Assembly (NCBI GenBank): GCA_965203055.1
Contig: OZ241863.1
Coordinates: 1,440,001 to 1,504,000, forward strand
From: Spirochaetia bacterium
Lineage (GTDB): Bacteria > Spirochaetota > Spirochaetia > SZUA-6 > Bin103
DNA length: 64,000 nucleotides
Reading direction: 5' to 3'
Shown: positions 29,200 through 38,177 of the stretch, in pieces
Numbering within the stretch: position 1 is the stretch's first letter
Layout of the letters: the number at the start of each line of letters is the position of its first letter
The notes under the pieces: generated by a model
Database searches by the model: none
What the model was told of the DNA's origin: nothing
Seen by the model: only the letters and a program-made list of their open reading frames with translations
Position numbers and translations under genes: made by a program

Positions 29200-29580
29200 C
29201 TACGGGAACAACCACGCCATCACCCGCTGAAGAGTGGGAATCAATACCGCAGCGCCGACCATGACCGTCAGAATCCAGCGAGTTTGTGTAGTGATTTCTT
29301 TGCGTACGTCGCCGATTTCCTTGCGTATATCGGTGGTTTCCTTGCTGAAGTCGGTGCGCAGGCCGCCCATTTGACGTTGGAGATCCAGAAAGCCGGCCTG
29401 CATTTCGCTGCGCAGGCGGCCTTCGCTCTCCGCGACGTGGCGCAGGAACCGATCCTCGACCGACTGCAACAGCAGCTCTCGCTGGCCGTTCCGGGCCTCG
29501 TGCAGCAGATCGAGCAGCGCTGCGCTGGCCTCGTCGCCGAGCTTGTCCCGCAACGGAGGTGGTACTATGAGTGCCGCCAC
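29200..29580 (-). CDS. DUF1640/CCDC90-like coiled-coil protein with C-terminal membrane anchor
   Basis: 'VPPPLRDKLGDEASAALLDLL' head, heptad stalk, 'QTRWILTVMVGAAVLI' TM; GTG 29580 preceded by TATGCT. Confidence 0.75.
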   Translation of the reverse strand: MAALIVPPPLRDKLGDEASAALLDLLHEARNGQRELLLQSVEDRFLRHVAESEGRLRSEMQAGFLDLQRQMGGLRTDFSKETTDIRKEIGDVRKEITTQTRWILTVMVGAAVLIPTLQRVMAWLFP

Positions 29581-29673
29581 TGTCCGCGAGCATACCGCGC
29601 GGTGCGGAAACCGTCTACCTTGGCGCGTCCGGTCCATTCCGGTCCGGCCGGGCGCCATGTGCACGTCAGGTGC

Positions 29674-29717
29674 TTGCAATTTGGAGTTTCCGGCGCCATA
29701 TTGGGTCACAATTTGGA
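29674..29717 (+). promoter_or_regulatory. Promoter with two CAATTTGGA direct repeats
   Basis: TTGCAA (29674), 17 nt, CATATT (29697); CAATTTGGA at 29677 and 29709. Confidence 0.55.
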
Positions 29718-30867
29718 TTTTGTAGGGAGATTCTTCGAGCCGCCGGCGCAGAGCTACTATCTGTTCGGCCCGCGCGGCACCGGCAAGTCGGCCTGGACGC
29801 AGCGCCACTATCCCGGCAACGTACGCATCGACCTGCTCCATCCGGCAACGCTGCAGCGCTACCGCGCGCGGCCGGAGCGTCTGTTCGAGGTGGTCCGCGC
29901 CGTGCCTGCCGGCGGCGTGATCGTCATCGACGAGGTGCAGCGGGTGCCGGCGCTGTTGAGCGCAGTCCACGCGCTGATCGAAGAAGGTCGCGGCTGGCGG
30001 TTCGTGCTGACCGGATCGAGCGCCCGCAAGCTCCGGCGGAGCGGCGTCGATCTGCTGGCGGGGCGCGCCGTGGTCCGCACCATGCATCCGTTCATGGCCG
30101 CGGAGCTGGGAGCTTCGTTCGAGCTGGCCGCGGCGCTGGAGCGCGGCATGCTGCCGTTGGTGCTTGGCGCCGCCGACCCCATCGACACGCTGCAGAGCTA
30201 TCTGGCCGTCTACGTGCGCGAAGAGGTCCAGATGGAGGGGCTGGTGCGCGACCTGGACCGCTTCTCCCGCTTCCTGGAAACCGCTTCCTTCTCGCATGCG
30301 CAGCTTCTGAACGTCAGCAACATCGCCCGCGACAGCGGCGTGGGGCGCAAGGCGGTGGAGGGCTACCTCGGGGTGCTGGAGGACCTGCTGCTCAGCTTCC
30401 GCGTGCCGGTGTTTCGCAAGCGCGCCGCGCGGGCGACGGTGGCCCATGACAAGTTCTACCTGTTCGACTGCGGGGTGTTCCGCTGGCTGCGCCCGGCGGG
30501 GCCGCTGGATCGTCCGGCGGAAATCGCGGGGGCGGCGTTGGAAGGGCTGGTCGCCCAGCACCTGCGGGCGTGGCTGGCGTACCGCAACCGCGGCGAACGC
30601 CTCTACTACTGGCGGACCCGCGCCGGTTCGGAGGTGGACTTCATCATCTACGGGCCAGAGCTATTCTGCGCCATCGAAGTCAAGCACAGCGCCGCGGTGC
30701 GCCGCTCCGATCTGCGCCCGCTGCGTTCCTTCCACGCCGACTACCCCGAGGCGCAGCGCCTGTTGCTCTACCTGGGGGATGAGGCGCTCTCCCTCGACGG
30801 CGTGCTCTGTCTGCCGTGCGAACGATTTCTCCGCGCCCTGGATCCGCGCCGCGACGTTCCCGCGTGA
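29713..30867 (+). CDS. AAA_14 ATPase with DUF4143 domain and C-terminal PD-(D/E)xK-like motif
   Basis: GPRGTGKS, IVIDEVQR, LTGSS, KFYLFDCG, YYWRT..EVDFI..AIEVK; TTG start inferred. Confidence 0.9.
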   Translation: MDFVGRFFEPPAQSYYLFGPRGTGKSAWTQRHYPGNVRIDLLHPATLQRYRARPERLFEVVRAVPAGGVIVIDEVQRVPALLSAVHALIEEGRGWRFVLTGSSARKLRRSGVDLLAGRAVVRTMHPFMAAELGASFELAAALERGMLPLVLGAADPIDTLQSYLAVYVREEVQMEGLVRDLDRFSRFLETASFSHAQLLNVSNIARDSGVGRKAVEGYLGVLEDLLLSFRVPVFRKRAARATVAHDKFYLFDCGVFRWLRPAGPLDRPAEIAGAALEGLVAQHLRAWLAYRNRGERLYYWRTRAGSEVDFIIYGPELFCAIEVKHSAAVRRSDLRPLRSFHADYPEAQRLLLYLGDEALSLDGVLCLPCERFLRALDPRRDVPA

Positions 30868-30908
30868 CCGATGCCGTGCAACTTGTCGCAGAACACGGTG
30901 ATACTGCC

Positions 30909-30961
30909 GGGTATGGAACCTCGACCGGCACGCTCAGCGCGGCAGTGACGGTTCCATACCC
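30909..30961. repeat. Inverted repeat / stem-loop with perfect 12-bp arms
   Basis: GGGTATGGAACC (30909-30920) and GGTTCCATACCC (30950-30961). Confidence 0.85.
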
Positions 30962-31099
30962 TCCGCCGAGAGGACTCGAGGCGTTGCCGGCGTTTGGCCG
31001 GTTTGCGCGCCCCCCGCGTTGGAGTTATTCTGCAGCCGTGAGAGCCCGCTTGGCTGCCGAACTGCCGTGTCTATCTGCCATCCGCGGCAAGGGACCGCC

Positions 31100-32329
31100 A
31101 TGCTGATCAATCGCTTGAAGGTACAGGGTCTTCTCTCGTTCGGACGCGACGGAATCGACCTGCCGCTGGAGCCGCTCAACGTGCTGATCGGCCCGAATGG
31201 TTCCGGGAAGTCCAACCTGCTGGAGGTTCTGGCACTGCTCAAGGCTGCGCCTCGTGAACTCGGCGAGCCGATCAATCGAGGCGGCGGAGTAAGGGAGTGG
31301 CTATGGAAGGGCGCAGCAGACGCCGGAAGCGCGTACGTCGAAGTCGAGGTAGCCTATTTCGAGGGCGCGTTGCGGCACGCACTCACCTTGGTCGACCGGG
31401 GCGGCCAGCCTGCATTGATCGACGAGCGGATCGAGCCGGCGCAGGCACAGCCTGATGGCGCTGCCGCCATGTTCTACTGCCGCCCGCCGCGTAATCACCA
31501 AGCCGTTGAGAAGATGCCGAACGCGGTGTCGCCTCCCGCGTTCCCGAAAGCGAGTCGACCGGCTGGCGGCGCCTTTCCCCGGAGCGTCGCCGTCGAGCAC
31601 GCGGGCGGGATTCAGTTCGCCGCTGATTTTCTCCCAGAGCAGTCGTTGCTGTCGTTCGCAACTCCGCTGCACCCGGCGCTCTGGTTCCTGAAAGATCAGT
31701 ACGGGAGGATACGCCTCTATCGAGACTGGTTCTTCGGGCCGACCGCACCGTTGCGGCGCCCCGCGAGCGCGCACGACCCGTCTGACTTCCTGGTTGAGGC
31801 AGGAGCCAACCTGCCGCTCGTCCTGGCGTCCTTTCATGGCGCTGCCAAGCGGCGGTTCATCGAGGCGTTGCCGGAGCTGTTCGACGGCATCGTCGACATC
31901 TCCTGCCGGGTGACCGGCGGGACGGTATCGCTCTTCCTCGAGGAGCGAGGCGGCCGCCAGATCCCGGCAAGCCGACTGTCCGACGGCACGTTGCGCTACC
32001 TCGGTCTGCTTGCGGTCCTCCTGCATCCGAACCCCCCACCGCTCATCGCGATCGACGAACCGGATCTGGGCCTGCACCCGGACGTCGTGGCCAAGGTGGC
32101 GGAACTCCTGGTTGACGCCTCGCAGCGCACTCAGCTCGTGATCTCCACTCACTCCAGAATGCTTGTCGATGCGCTGTCGGACGTTCCCTCCAGCGTCGTG
32201 GTCTGCGAAGAGGAGAACGGTCAGTCCCGGTTCGAGCGGTTGGACGCCGCCAGATTGTGGAAGCGGCTCGACGATTACAGTCTGGGAGAGCTGTGGGGCT
32301 CCGGCGAGCTTGGCGGGAATCGCTGGTGA
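31100..32329 (+). CDS. ABC-type ATPase (AAA_21/COG4637-like, defence/TA-associated)
   Basis: LIGPNGSGKSNLLE, signature LSDGTLR, Walker B IAIDEPDLGLHP, STHS, C-terminal LGELW..GELGG. Confidence 0.9.
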   Translation: MLINRLKVQGLLSFGRDGIDLPLEPLNVLIGPNGSGKSNLLEVLALLKAAPRELGEPINRGGGVREWLWKGAADAGSAYVEVEVAYFEGALRHALTLVDRGGQPALIDERIEPAQAQPDGAAAMFYCRPPRNHQAVEKMPNAVSPPAFPKASRPAGGAFPRSVAVEHAGGIQFAADFLPEQSLLSFATPLHPALWFLKDQYGRIRLYRDWFFGPTAPLRRPASAHDPSDFLVEAGANLPLVLASFHGAAKRRFIEALPELFDGIVDISCRVTGGTVSLFLEERGGRQIPASRLSDGTLRYLGLLAVLLHPNPPPLIAIDEPDLGLHPDVVAKVAELLVDASQRTQLVISTHSRMLVDALSDVPSSVVVCEEENGQSRFERLDAARLWKRLDDYSLGELWGSGELGGNRW

Positions 32330-32360
32330 GCGTCAGGGTCCGTTCGTAGAGGGAGGTGTG
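32326..32360 (+). pseudogene. Frameshifted 5' remnant of a DUF4276-like (TOPRIM-type) partner gene
   Basis: GTGA overlap with the ATPase stop; GTG AGC GTC AGG GTC [CG] TTC GTA GAG GGA GGT reads MSVRV-FVEGG across a 2-nt shift. Confidence 0.5.
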
Positions 32361-32428
32361 GCTGGTGCTTGCGGAGGTGAACGGCGCACCGGCCCAGTCG
32401 CCCAGGCGCTTGCGCAGGCGCATTGCGC

Positions 32429-33574
32429 TCAACCGGTCGCCGCGCGGTGGCGCCGGCGTTCGATGGCGAGGTCGAGGAGGCGGCGCAGCAGTTCGGGGAA
32501 CGGCACGCCGCTGGCCTCCCACAGCTTCCCGTACATGCTGATTTCGGTGAATCCGGGGATGGTGTTGACCTCGTTGACCAGCAGTTCTGCCTCCCGCTGC
32601 GGAACGGCCGCGGGCCGCAGAAAGAAGTCCACCCGCGCCATGCCCTCGATTTCCAACACCGCGCACGTCCGGCACGCCAATTCCTGGGCGCGCCGGTGTT
32701 CGGCGGACGTCAACGGCGCGGGGATCAGCAGTTCCGCGCCGCCGGCATCGACGTACTTGGCGTCGTAGTCGTAGAACTCGTGCCCGCCGGTGGGGACGAT
32801 TTCGCCGGCCAGCGACGCCGAACGCCGGTCGTTGCCGAGCACCGAGACTTCCAGCTCGCGGCCGGCGACGTATTCCTCTATCAGCACCTTGCGGTCGTAG
32901 CGCAGCGCGCCGGCAACCGCCGCCGGCAGGTCGCGGGCGGCGGCGACCTTGGTCACCCCGACCGACGAGCCGAGGTTGGCCGGCTTGACGAACAGCGGCA
33001 GGCCCAGTTCCGCGCCCATCCGCTCCGCGCCGGCCGCCGCCACGGGGCCGCGTACCGCGCGGAAGCGGGCGCTGGCAATGCCGGCGTCGCGCAGCAGGCG
33101 CTTGGTCACTTCCTTGTCCATGGCCACCGCGGAGCCGAGCACGCCGGCGCCGACGTAGGGTACGCCCGCCAACTCCAGCAGCCCCTGCACCGTGCCGTCC
33201 TCGCCAAACGGGCCGTGCAGCACCGGGAACACCGCGTCCAGCGGCGGCAGCGGCGCGCCGGAGACCAGCTCCACGAGTTGCGCGGAGGGGCGGTTCGCGC
33301 CCGGCGCAGGGTCCGGCCGGGCGCCCCCGGTGAGGGTGATCGCGCCGCGGCGCAGCCGCGGCGCAGCCGCCTGGGCGGCGGCGGCAGGGGTAATGAAGTG
33401 GTGCGCGTCGGCCAACCGCCAAGTGCCGTCCCGCTGGATGTAGATGAGCACCACTTCGTGTGCGCCGCCGAGCGCGGCCGCTACCGCCCGCGCCGAGCGC
33501 AGGGAGATGTCGTGTTCGGCGGACTGGCCGCCGCAGATTACGCCGATGCGAATGGTCTTCCCCTCGGCCGGCAT
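32429..33574 (-). CDS. ddl: D-alanine--D-alanine ligase
   Basis: GGQSAEHDISLRSA, FPVLHGPFGEDG, VKPANLGSSVG, FYDYDAKY, NEVNTIPGFT. Confidence 0.97.
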   Translation of the reverse strand: MPAEGKTIRIGVICGGQSAEHDISLRSARAVAAALGGAHEVVLIYIQRDGTWRLADAHHFITPAAAAQAAAPRLRRGAITLTGGARPDPAPGANRPSAQLVELVSGAPLPPLDAVFPVLHGPFGEDGTVQGLLELAGVPYVGAGVLGSAVAMDKEVTKRLLRDAGIASARFRAVRGPVAAAGAERMGAELGLPLFVKPANLGSSVGVTKVAAARDLPAAVAGALRYDRKVLIEEYVAGRELEVSVLGNDRRSASLAGEIVPTGGHEFYDYDAKYVDAGGAELLIPAPLTSAEHRRAQELACRTCAVLEIEGMARVDFFLRPAAVPQREAELLVNEVNTIPGFTEISMYGKLWEASGVPFPELLRRLLDLAIERRRHRAATG

Positions 33575-33705
33575 TGTTGCGCGCGCACCGGCCGAGGTCA
33601 AACCGGCCGTCAGTGGGGGGAGGGACGCGCCGCCGGCGCCGATTCCTGCCCGGTTCCGGCCGGTGCGCCGCCCCACGTGGAGTGATTTCGGGGTATGATG
33701 GCGGC

Positions 33706-34509
33706 GTGAGAATCAAGCAATCGGTCTGTTTTCCTATCTTTCAGCGGCAATTCCCGTCGCTGGCGGAGCTGTGCCGCGAGCTCGCGCGCATCGGCTACCG
33801 CGCCGTCGAAATGTGGGGCCGCCGCGGCGGTCCCGTCGAAGGTGAGTTCACGGTGGAGGAAGTGGCCGCCGCGGCCGCGGAGCGCGGGCTGGCGCTGGCC
33901 AGCTTCATCGGCCACGCGTCGTTGCCGGACGGCTGCAACGATCCGGCCAACCATCCCCGGATCGAGGCCGAGCTGCGCGATGCCATTGCGCTGGCGGCGC
34001 AGCACGGCGTGCCGGGCCTGATCTGCTTCACCGGCAATCGCCGCCCCGGACAGAGCGACCTGGAGGGGATGATCGAATGCGCCCGCCTGCTGCGCCGCGT
34101 CGCTCCCTGCGCCGAGGAACAGGGCGTCAACCTCAACGTGGAGCTGCTCAACAGCCGGGTCAATCATCCCGGCTACCTGGCCGACCGCAGCGACTGGGGC
34201 GTCGCCCTGTGCGAGATGGTGGCCAGCCCGCGCGTCAAGCTGCTGTTCGACATCTATCACATGCAGATCATGGAGGGCGACGTGATCCGCGCCATCCGCC
34301 GCGCGCTGCCGCACGTCGGCCACTTCCACACCGCCGGCAACCCGGGGCGCGGGGAGCTGGACGATACCCAGGAACTCAACTACCGCGGCATCTGCAACGC
34401 CATTGCGGAGTCCGACTACGACCTGTACCTCGGCCACGAGTATAAGCCGAGCGGCGATCTGGGCGAGTCCCTGCAGCGCTCCTACGACGTCTGCGACGCC
34501 GGCCCGTAG
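33706..34509 (+). CDS. Hydroxypyruvate isomerase-family TIM-barrel protein
   Basis: VELLNSRVNHPGY, LLFDIYHMQIMEGD, HFHTAGNPGRGEL, GHEY. Confidence 0.9.
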   Translation: MRIKQSVCFPIFQRQFPSLAELCRELARIGYRAVEMWGRRGGPVEGEFTVEEVAAAAAERGLALASFIGHASLPDGCNDPANHPRIEAELRDAIALAAQHGVPGLICFTGNRRPGQSDLEGMIECARLLRRVAPCAEEQGVNLNVELLNSRVNHPGYLADRSDWGVALCEMVASPRVKLLFDIYHMQIMEGDVIRAIRRALPHVGHFHTAGNPGRGELDDTQELNYRGICNAIAESDYDLYLGHEYKPSGDLGESLQRSYDVCDAGP

Positions 34510-34534
34510 AGCAGGTAATGGACGCGTGCAGGTA

Positions 34535-36256
34535 ATGAACGCGCCGCGCATGGAGTTGCACCTTGGCCCGCTGCGCGGTCCGGTGGAGCAGGCGTTCGCG
34601 CGGGCGGAGGAGGCGGGGCTGATGCGGCGCATCTGGGCGCGCGATCACCGCGTCTGGAAGCCGGCGCCAACCGAGATCAGCGATCGCCTCGGCTGGCTCG
34701 ACGTCGCCGAGAGGATGGAGCGGGAGATCGAGCCGCTGGAGCGCTTCGCGGCGGAGCTGCGCGCGGCCGGCTACACCGACGTGTTGCTGCTGGGGATGGG
34801 CGGTTCCAGTCTGGCGCCGGAGGTGCTGGCGCGCACCTTCGACCGCCGGCCGGGAGGATTGCGCCTGGCGGTGTTGGACAGCACCGACCCGCGCGCGGTG
34901 GCCGCCCGCACTGCGCCGCTCGACCTGCGCGCCACGCTGTTTCTGGTAGCGACCAAGTCGGGCGGCACGGTGGAGACGTTGTCCCTGTTCAAGTACTGCT
35001 ACAACCTGGTGGCGGCGGAGCTGGGCCGGGCCGCGGCGGGGGAGCGCTTCGCGGCGATTACCGATCCCGGCAGCGGCCTTGCCGACCTCGCCGCGCAGTA
35101 CCGGTTCCGCGCCACGTTCCTGGGTGACCCGGCCATCGGCGGGCGCTACTCCGCGCTCAGCGTGTTCGGGCTGCTGCCGGCCGCGCTGCTGCGGCTCGAC
35201 CTGCGCGCCTTGCTGCGGCGCGCCCGGCAGGCGGCCGCGGCTGCCGGGCCGGACCGGAGCCCGCGCGCCGGCGGCAACGCGGCGGCGCGGCTGGGGATCG
35301 TCCTCGGCACCGCGGCCGCGGCCGGGCGCGACAAGTTGACGTTGCTGTGCGGGGACGAGCTGGCGAGTTTCGGCGACTGGGTGGAGCAGCTCATCGCCGA
35401 GAGCACCGGCAAGGAGGGGCGCGGCATCCTGCCGGTGGTGGGCGAACCGCCGGCGGCGCCGGACGAGTACGGCGCCGACCGGCTGTTCGTGTGGCTGCGC
35501 CGCGGCGCGGACCAGGCCGCGGCGGCCGCCGCCGAGCGGCTGCGCGCCGCCGGCCAGCCGCTCGTCATTCTGCAACTCGACGACCCTTACGAGGTGGCGG
35601 GGCAGTTCTTCGTCTGGGAGCTGGCCACCGCGGTAGCCGGCGCGCTGCTGGGCATCAACCCGTTCGATCAACCGGACGTGGAGGCGGCCAAGGCGCAGGC
35701 GCGGCAGATGGTCGCCGCCTATCACGCCGCGGGGAGCCTGCCGGTGGAGGAGCCGGAGCTGCGCGGCCCCGGGCTGGCGCTCTACGGCGAGGTGACGGGC
35801 AGCACGCCGGCGCAGGCGCTGGCCGGCTTCGCCGCCGCGGCGCCGGCCGGCGGCTACCTGGCGCTCCAGGCCTACCTGCCGCCGACGCCGGCGACCGACG
35901 CCGCGCTGCAGGCGCTGCGCCGGGCGCTGCGGGCGCGCACCGGCTTGGCCGCCACCAGCGGCTACGGCCCGCGCTTCCTGCACTCCACCGGGCAACTGCA
36001 CAAGGGCGACGCCGGCCGCGGCCGCTGCCTGCAGATCGTGGCCGCCAGCGCTCCCGACCTGCCGATCCCGGACCGGGCGGGGGAGCCGGCCGCGGCGCTC
36101 AGCTTCGACGTGCTGAAGCAGGCGCAGGCGCTTGGCGACCGCCAGGCGCTGGCCGCGGGCGGCCGCGCCGTGCTCGCCGTGCAGGTGACGGGCGACCCGG
36201 CTGCGGCGATTGGCCGCCTGGCGGAAGGTCTCATGCCGGATCGGGAAGCTGGCTGA
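34535..36256 (+). CDS. pgi: Glucose-6-phosphate isomerase (type seen in Tal-Pgi fusions)
   Basis: LLGMGGSSL, TKSGGTVET, IGGRYSALS, EQLIAESTGK, INPFDQPDVE, HSTGQLHKG. Confidence 0.9.
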   Translation: MNAPRMELHLGPLRGPVEQAFARAEEAGLMRRIWARDHRVWKPAPTEISDRLGWLDVAERMEREIEPLERFAAELRAAGYTDVLLLGMGGSSLAPEVLARTFDRRPGGLRLAVLDSTDPRAVAARTAPLDLRATLFLVATKSGGTVETLSLFKYCYNLVAAELGRAAAGERFAAITDPGSGLADLAAQYRFRATFLGDPAIGGRYSALSVFGLLPAALLRLDLRALLRRARQAAAAAGPDRSPRAGGNAAARLGIVLGTAAAAGRDKLTLLCGDELASFGDWVEQLIAESTGKEGRGILPVVGEPPAAPDEYGADRLFVWLRRGADQAAAAAAERLRAAGQPLVILQLDDPYEVAGQFFVWELATAVAGALLGINPFDQPDVEAAKAQARQMVAAYHAAGSLPVEEPELRGPGLALYGEVTGSTPAQALAGFAAAAPAGGYLALQAYLPPTPATDAALQALRRALRARTGLAATSGYGPRFLHSTGQLHKGDAGRGRCLQIVAASAPDLPIPDRAGEPAAALSFDVLKQAQALGDRQALAAGGRAVLAVQVTGDPAAAIGRLAEGLMPDREAG

Positions 36257-37263
36257 TGGCGGCGGCGCCGGGCGCGGTCCTGGGCTGGGGCGTGGTGGGT
36301 TGCGGCGACGTGGTCGAGCGCAAGAGCGGCCCGGCCATCGCCTGCGCGGAGCGCAGCCGCATGGTCCAGGTGATGCGCCGCGACGGCGCCGCGGCGCGCG
36401 ACTTCGCGCGCCGTCACGAGGTCCCCGCCTGGACTGACGACGCGCAGCAGGTGATCGCCGGCGCCGGCGTGGACGTCGTCTACGTGGCGACGCCGCCGAG
36501 CTCGCACCTGCAGTACGTACGCGCCGCGGCGGCGGCGGGCAAGCACGTGCTGGTGGAGAAGCCGATGGCGCTGAACGCCGCCGAGGGGCGCGCGATGGTG
36601 GCTGCCTGCGCCGCCGCCGGGGTGGAGCTGTTCGTCGCCTACTACCGCCGCTTCCAGCCCCACGTGCTGCGCATGCGCGCGCTGCTGGCGGAGGGCGCCA
36701 TCGGGCGCCCGGTGCAGGCCGCGGTCGAGATCGCGGCGGCCGACGTCGCGCGGCGGCTGGCGGCGGGCCGGCGCGAGTGGCGCGACGACCCCGCCATCTC
36801 CGGCGGCGGCGGGCTGGTGGACCTGGGCAGTCACAGCATCGACCTGCTGGTGTGGCTGCTCGGGCCGGTGGCCGAGGCGCACGCCGTGGCCGCGCGCTTC
36901 CATCCCGGCGCGGCGGTGGAGCAGACTGCGGCCGTCGTGCTGCGGATGGAGTCGGGCGCGCTCTGCAGCGTGCGCGGCGACTTCTATTCCGGCAGCGAAG
37001 CTGACAGCTTCGTCATCGACGGGGAGAGCGGCTGCATCATCGCCGATCCGCTGGATGGGCACGAGTTCACGCTCGCCGCCGGGAACGGCGCCGAGGAGTT
37101 CTGCTTCCAGCCGCTGGCGGCGCCGCACCTGGGCTTGGTGCGCCACGTCGAGACGGTGCTCCTCGACGGCGCCCGCAACCTGATCCCCGGCAGCGACGGG
37201 GTAGTGACCGAGACCGTGCTCGACGCCGTGCGCGGCGCGGCCGCCGCCGCTTCGGCAGGCTGA
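36256..37263 (+). CDS. Gfo/Idh/MocA-family oxidoreductase
   Basis: WGVVGCG, VYVATPP..H, HVLVEKPMA, DLGSH; TGATG overlap with pgi. Confidence 0.93.
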   Translation: MAAAPGAVLGWGVVGCGDVVERKSGPAIACAERSRMVQVMRRDGAAARDFARRHEVPAWTDDAQQVIAGAGVDVVYVATPPSSHLQYVRAAAAAGKHVLVEKPMALNAAEGRAMVAACAAAGVELFVAYYRRFQPHVLRMRALLAEGAIGRPVQAAVEIAAADVARRLAAGRREWRDDPAISGGGGLVDLGSHSIDLLVWLLGPVAEAHAVAARFHPGAAVEQTAAVVLRMESGALCSVRGDFYSGSEADSFVIDGESGCIIADPLDGHEFTLAAGNGAEEFCFQPLAAPHLGLVRHVETVLLDGARNLIPGSDGVVTETVLDAVRGAAAAASAG

Positions 37264-37282
37264 CCGGGGGCGCTTTTCCGCT

Positions 37283-38173
37283 TCAGCCGCCGGCGCCGGC
37301 CCCGGCGCCGGCCACGCTGAGGTCCACCGCCAGGAATACCAGCACCAGCGGCAGATAGAGTACCGACGCCCGCAGCAGCAGCCGCGAGCTGTCGCGGTCG
37401 CGCCGGCGCGCGAAGCGGATCCCGGCGGCCAGGTAGAGCGCCCCGGCCAGGAGACATCCCGCCGCGTACCAGGCGCCGGCCACGCCCGCGGCGACCAGCA
37501 GCAGGGACACCGGGATCAGGGCGGCCAGGAACAGGATCACCTGCGCCGCCAGAAAGTCGCCGCCGGCGCCTACGGCGCCGGCCATGCGCAGCCCGGCGCC
37601 GCGGTATTCGTCGCGGAACGCCCAGGCGATGGCGTAGAAGTGGGGGTGCTGCCACAGAAACAGGATCGCGACCAGGACCCAGGCGCCGATTCCCAGCCGC
37701 CCGCCCGGTGCGGCCGCGGCGGACCAGCCGATCAACGGCGGAATGGCGCCGGGAATGGCGCCGAGCGGCGTGTTCAACCACGAGCGCCGCTTCATCGGCG
37801 TGTACAGGAACAGATAGAGGCCCGCCGCCAGCAGGCTGAGCAGGGCCGGCAGCGCGCCGCCGCGCCACAGCAGCAGCGCCGCTCCGCCGCCGGTCAGCAA
37901 CCCGCCGAACCACGCCGCGGCGCGCGGCGTCACCGAGCCCTGCGGCAGCGCGCGCCCGCGGGTGCGCGCCATGCGCGCGTCCACCTCGCGCTCCAGCACG
38001 TTGTTGAGCACGCCGGCGCCGGCGCTCGCCAGCGCCGTTCCGCCGACCACCGCCAGCAGGGCGCCGCCGGCGCTGACGCGGCCCTGCGCCGCCCAGTAGC
38101 CCAGCGCCGTGGTGGCCGCCACCAGCAGCGCGATGCGGCTCTTGATCAGCGACCCGAGGCCGCCCGGCCGCAC
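37283..38173 (-). CDS. ctaB: Protoheme IX farnesyltransferase (heme o synthase)
   Basis: N..LERE.D.RM.RT..R.LP.G, LYTPMKR, GAIPGAIPPLIGW, LWQHPHF. Confidence 0.95.
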   Translation of the reverse strand: MRPGGLGSLIKSRIALLVAATTALGYWAAQGRVSAGGALLAVVGGTALASAGAGVLNNVLEREVDARMARTRGRALPQGSVTPRAAAWFGGLLTGGGAALLLWRGGALPALLSLLAAGLYLFLYTPMKRRSWLNTPLGAIPGAIPPLIGWSAAAAPGGRLGIGAWVLVAILFLWQHPHFYAIAWAFRDEYRGAGLRMAGAVGAGGDFLAAQVILFLAALIPVSLLLVAAGVAGAWYAAGCLLAGALYLAAGIRFARRRDRDSSRLLLRASVLYLPLVLVFLAVDLSVAGAGAGAGG

Positions 38174-38177
38174 GCCG

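Noticed and set aside
29185..30561. Full-length ORFs 29185-30867 (+), 29200-30561 (-) and 28901-29593 (-)
   Set aside because: Each is an over-extension; the recognisable proteins start at 29713, 29580 and 29185.
25921..32420. Integron cassette array
   Set aside because: Genes are in mixed orientation, there is no intI, and only one hairpin was seen, without clear RYYYAAC/GTTRRRY ends.
32429..33574. ddl as a Van-type D-Ala-D-Lac ligase
   Set aside because: The omega loop FYDYDAKY is the D-Ala-D-Ala type and no van genes are adjacent.
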